Of a stretch of DNA of 21,947 bases, positions 20,415-21,947 are shown piece after piece; position 1 is the stretch's first letter; each line of letters opens with the position of its first letter. Source of the stretch: Candidatus Omnitrophota bacterium (GTDB lineage Bacteria; Omnitrophota; Gorgyraeia; 2-01-FULL-45-10; JBDRSA01). The position numbers and the translations under genes are program-made. The stretch covers positions 1 to 21,947 of the forward strand of contig JBDRSA010000060.1 of NCBI GenBank assembly GCA_043825275.1, written 5' to 3'. The notes beneath the pieces are model-generated. The model did not search any database. It was not told the origin of the DNA and saw only the letters and a program-made list of their open reading frames with translations.

Positions 20415-21788
20415 ATGTGCGGAGTATTCGGGATATTCGACCATAAAGACGCGTCGTTAATGACGTACCTGGGCCTTTACGCGCTGCAGCATCGCGGCGA
20501 GGAGTCCGCGGGGGTCGTCGTTTATGACCGGAAGATCGTCAGACAGCTCAAGGGGATGGGGCTCGTAAGTGAGGCGCTGGACCAGAAGTCCGTCAAGTCG
20601 CTCCGCGGACACATCGCGGTCGGGCATACCCGGTATTCCACGACCGGATCGAGCACCGCGAAGAACATCCAACCATTTCTGGTGAACCACCGCGGGACGC
20701 ATATCGCGATCGCCCATAACGGTAATCTCGTCAATACCGCCTCGCTTCACCAAGAGCTTGAGGAAAAAGGGTCGATCTTTCAGACGTCGATGGACTCTGA
20801 GATCATCGCGCACCTTATCGTCAGGGCGAACGGCGGCGGCCAGAAAGAGGCGGTTGTCAGCGCGCTCTCCCGGCTGAAAGGCGCCTTTTCGCTCGCCCTT
20901 ATGGTCGATGACATGCTCGTCGCTGCCCGGGATTCCGGAGGTTTCAGGCCGCTCTGCCTCGGAAGGCTCGATGGGGCGTATGTTCTGGCGAGCGAAACGT
21001 GCGCGCTCGACCTTATCAACGCGAAGTACGTGCGTAATATCGAACCCGGTGAGATCGTGTTCATTACGAAAAACGGCTTAGAGAGTGTTTTTCTGCCGAA
21101 AGCGAAGCGTCACACCGCCTGCATTTTTGAATACATATACTTTGCCCGGCCCGATAGCGATATTTTTAAGCATAATGTGTATGAGTCAAGAAAGAGGCTG
21201 GGCGCGCAGCTCGCCAAAGAGTTCCCGGCCGACTGCGATCTTGTAATGCCCGTGCCCGATTCGGGGAATTACGCGGCGCTCGGCTTTGCCGAAGAATCGG
21301 GGATACCGCTTGAGCTGGGCCTGGTGCGAAACCACTATATCGGCAGGACGTTCATTCAACCGCTGCAGCACACGAGGGATTTCAGAGTACGGGTGAAATT
21401 AAACCCGGTGCGCGACCTTTTAAAAGGGAAAAGGATCGCCGTTGTAGAGGATTCGATCGTACGAGGAACAACCAGCCGGATCAGGGTCAAGACGCTCAGG
21501 GAGGCCGGCGCGAAGGAGATCCATATGCGCGTCAGTTGCCCGCCGCTTAAGCATCCGTGTTATTACGGCATCGATTTTCCGACCGAGAAAGAGCTTATCG
21601 CCTCGAAGCATACGATCGAGTGGATCCGTGACTTCATCGGCGCCGACAGCCTCAAATATCTGAGCAAAGAGGGCATGTTACGATCGATGTCGCTGCCGGC
21701 AGAAGAGTTCTGTACGGCGTGCTTTGACGGGGACTATCCGGTAACGCCGGAAAGAAGGATGTCCAAGCGCGTACTCGAGAAGAGGTAG
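20415..21788 (+). CDS. purF: Amidophosphoribosyltransferase
   Basis: 457 aa. MCGVFGIF N-terminal nucleophile Cys, LQHRGEESAGVV, GHTRYSTTGSS, VVEDSIVRGTTSR PRPP-binding motif, and a CYYGIDF...C pattern. Confidence 0.97.
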   Translation: MCGVFGIFDHKDASLMTYLGLYALQHRGEESAGVVVYDRKIVRQLKGMGLVSEALDQKSVKSLRGHIAVGHTRYSTTGSSTAKNIQPFLVNHRGTHIAIAHNGNLVNTASLHQELEEKGSIFQTSMDSEIIAHLIVRANGGGQKEAVVSALSRLKGAFSLALMVDDMLVAARDSGGFRPLCLGRLDGAYVLASETCALDLINAKYVRNIEPGEIVFITKNGLESVFLPKAKRHTACIFEYIYFARPDSDIFKHNVYESRKRLGAQLAKEFPADCDLVMPVPDSGNYAALGFAEESGIPLELGLVRNHYIGRTFIQPLQHTRDFRVRVKLNPVRDLLKGKRIAVVEDSIVRGTTSRIRVKTLREAGAKEIHMRVSCPPLKHPCYYGIDFPTEKELIASKHTIEWIRDFIGADSLKYLSKEGMLRSMSLPAEEFCTACFDGDYPVTPERRMSKRVLEKR

Positions 21789-21851
21789 TTCATGGCGGAG
21801 AAAAGAACAAAGATCGTGATGGGAAAGCTATGAAAAAAGAGAGAAGATAAT

Positions 21852-21947
21852 ATGCCGAAATATATTTTTGTTACCGGTGGGGTCATATCGAGTTTAGGGA
21901 AAGGGATAACGTCCGCTTCGGTCGGAAAACTTCTGGAGTCAAAAGGG
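21852..21947 (+). CDS. pyrG: CTP synthase, N-terminal 32 codons (3' end outside window)
   Basis: [32 protein letters not shown] matches the conserved CTP synthase N-terminus. Confidence 0.95.
   Translation, partial: MPKYIFVTGGVISSLGKGITSASVGKLLESKG

Overview
All supported genes in this 21.9 kb window lie on the + strand. They form an apparently chromosomal glutamine/glutamate, pyrimidine and purine biosynthesis region. Order: gltB (5' truncated by the window edge), gltD, a NuoE-like / NuoF-like / NuoG-N-terminus-like flavin and Fe-S module, an FMN-binding glutamate-synthase-domain protein, carA, a carB split into two frames (carB1), a second intact carB paralogue (carB2), guaA, purF, and the start of pyrG. 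Main observations: (1) carB1 is interrupted by exactly 29 nt at 13421-13449. The insert holds three perfect tandem GTTGCCA heptamers and is bounded by a 7-bp direct repeat, AAAACAG. Removing it in silico restores a continuous in-frame gene. Copy-number change of the heptamer would switch the frame. (2) Two homologous intergenic elements (3862-4089 and 20112-20393) are nested inverted repeats whose arms are degenerate 7-nt-period tandem arrays. (3) A HydBC/NuoEF-like module without a visible hydrogenase domain sits next to a GltS-like flavoprotein that lacks the GltB 3Fe-4S triad. It is a candidate electron-bifurcating or NAD(P)H-linked oxidoreductase. (4) Strong sigma70-like promoters followed by intrinsic-terminator hairpins precede both this module and carA, suggesting attenuation. 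(5) A known-style 'TCATTGCGAG...CTCGCAATGA' dispersed repeat with an internal 59-bp-period duplication lies between carA and carB1. I found no CRISPR, rRNA, tRNA, transposase or defence system.
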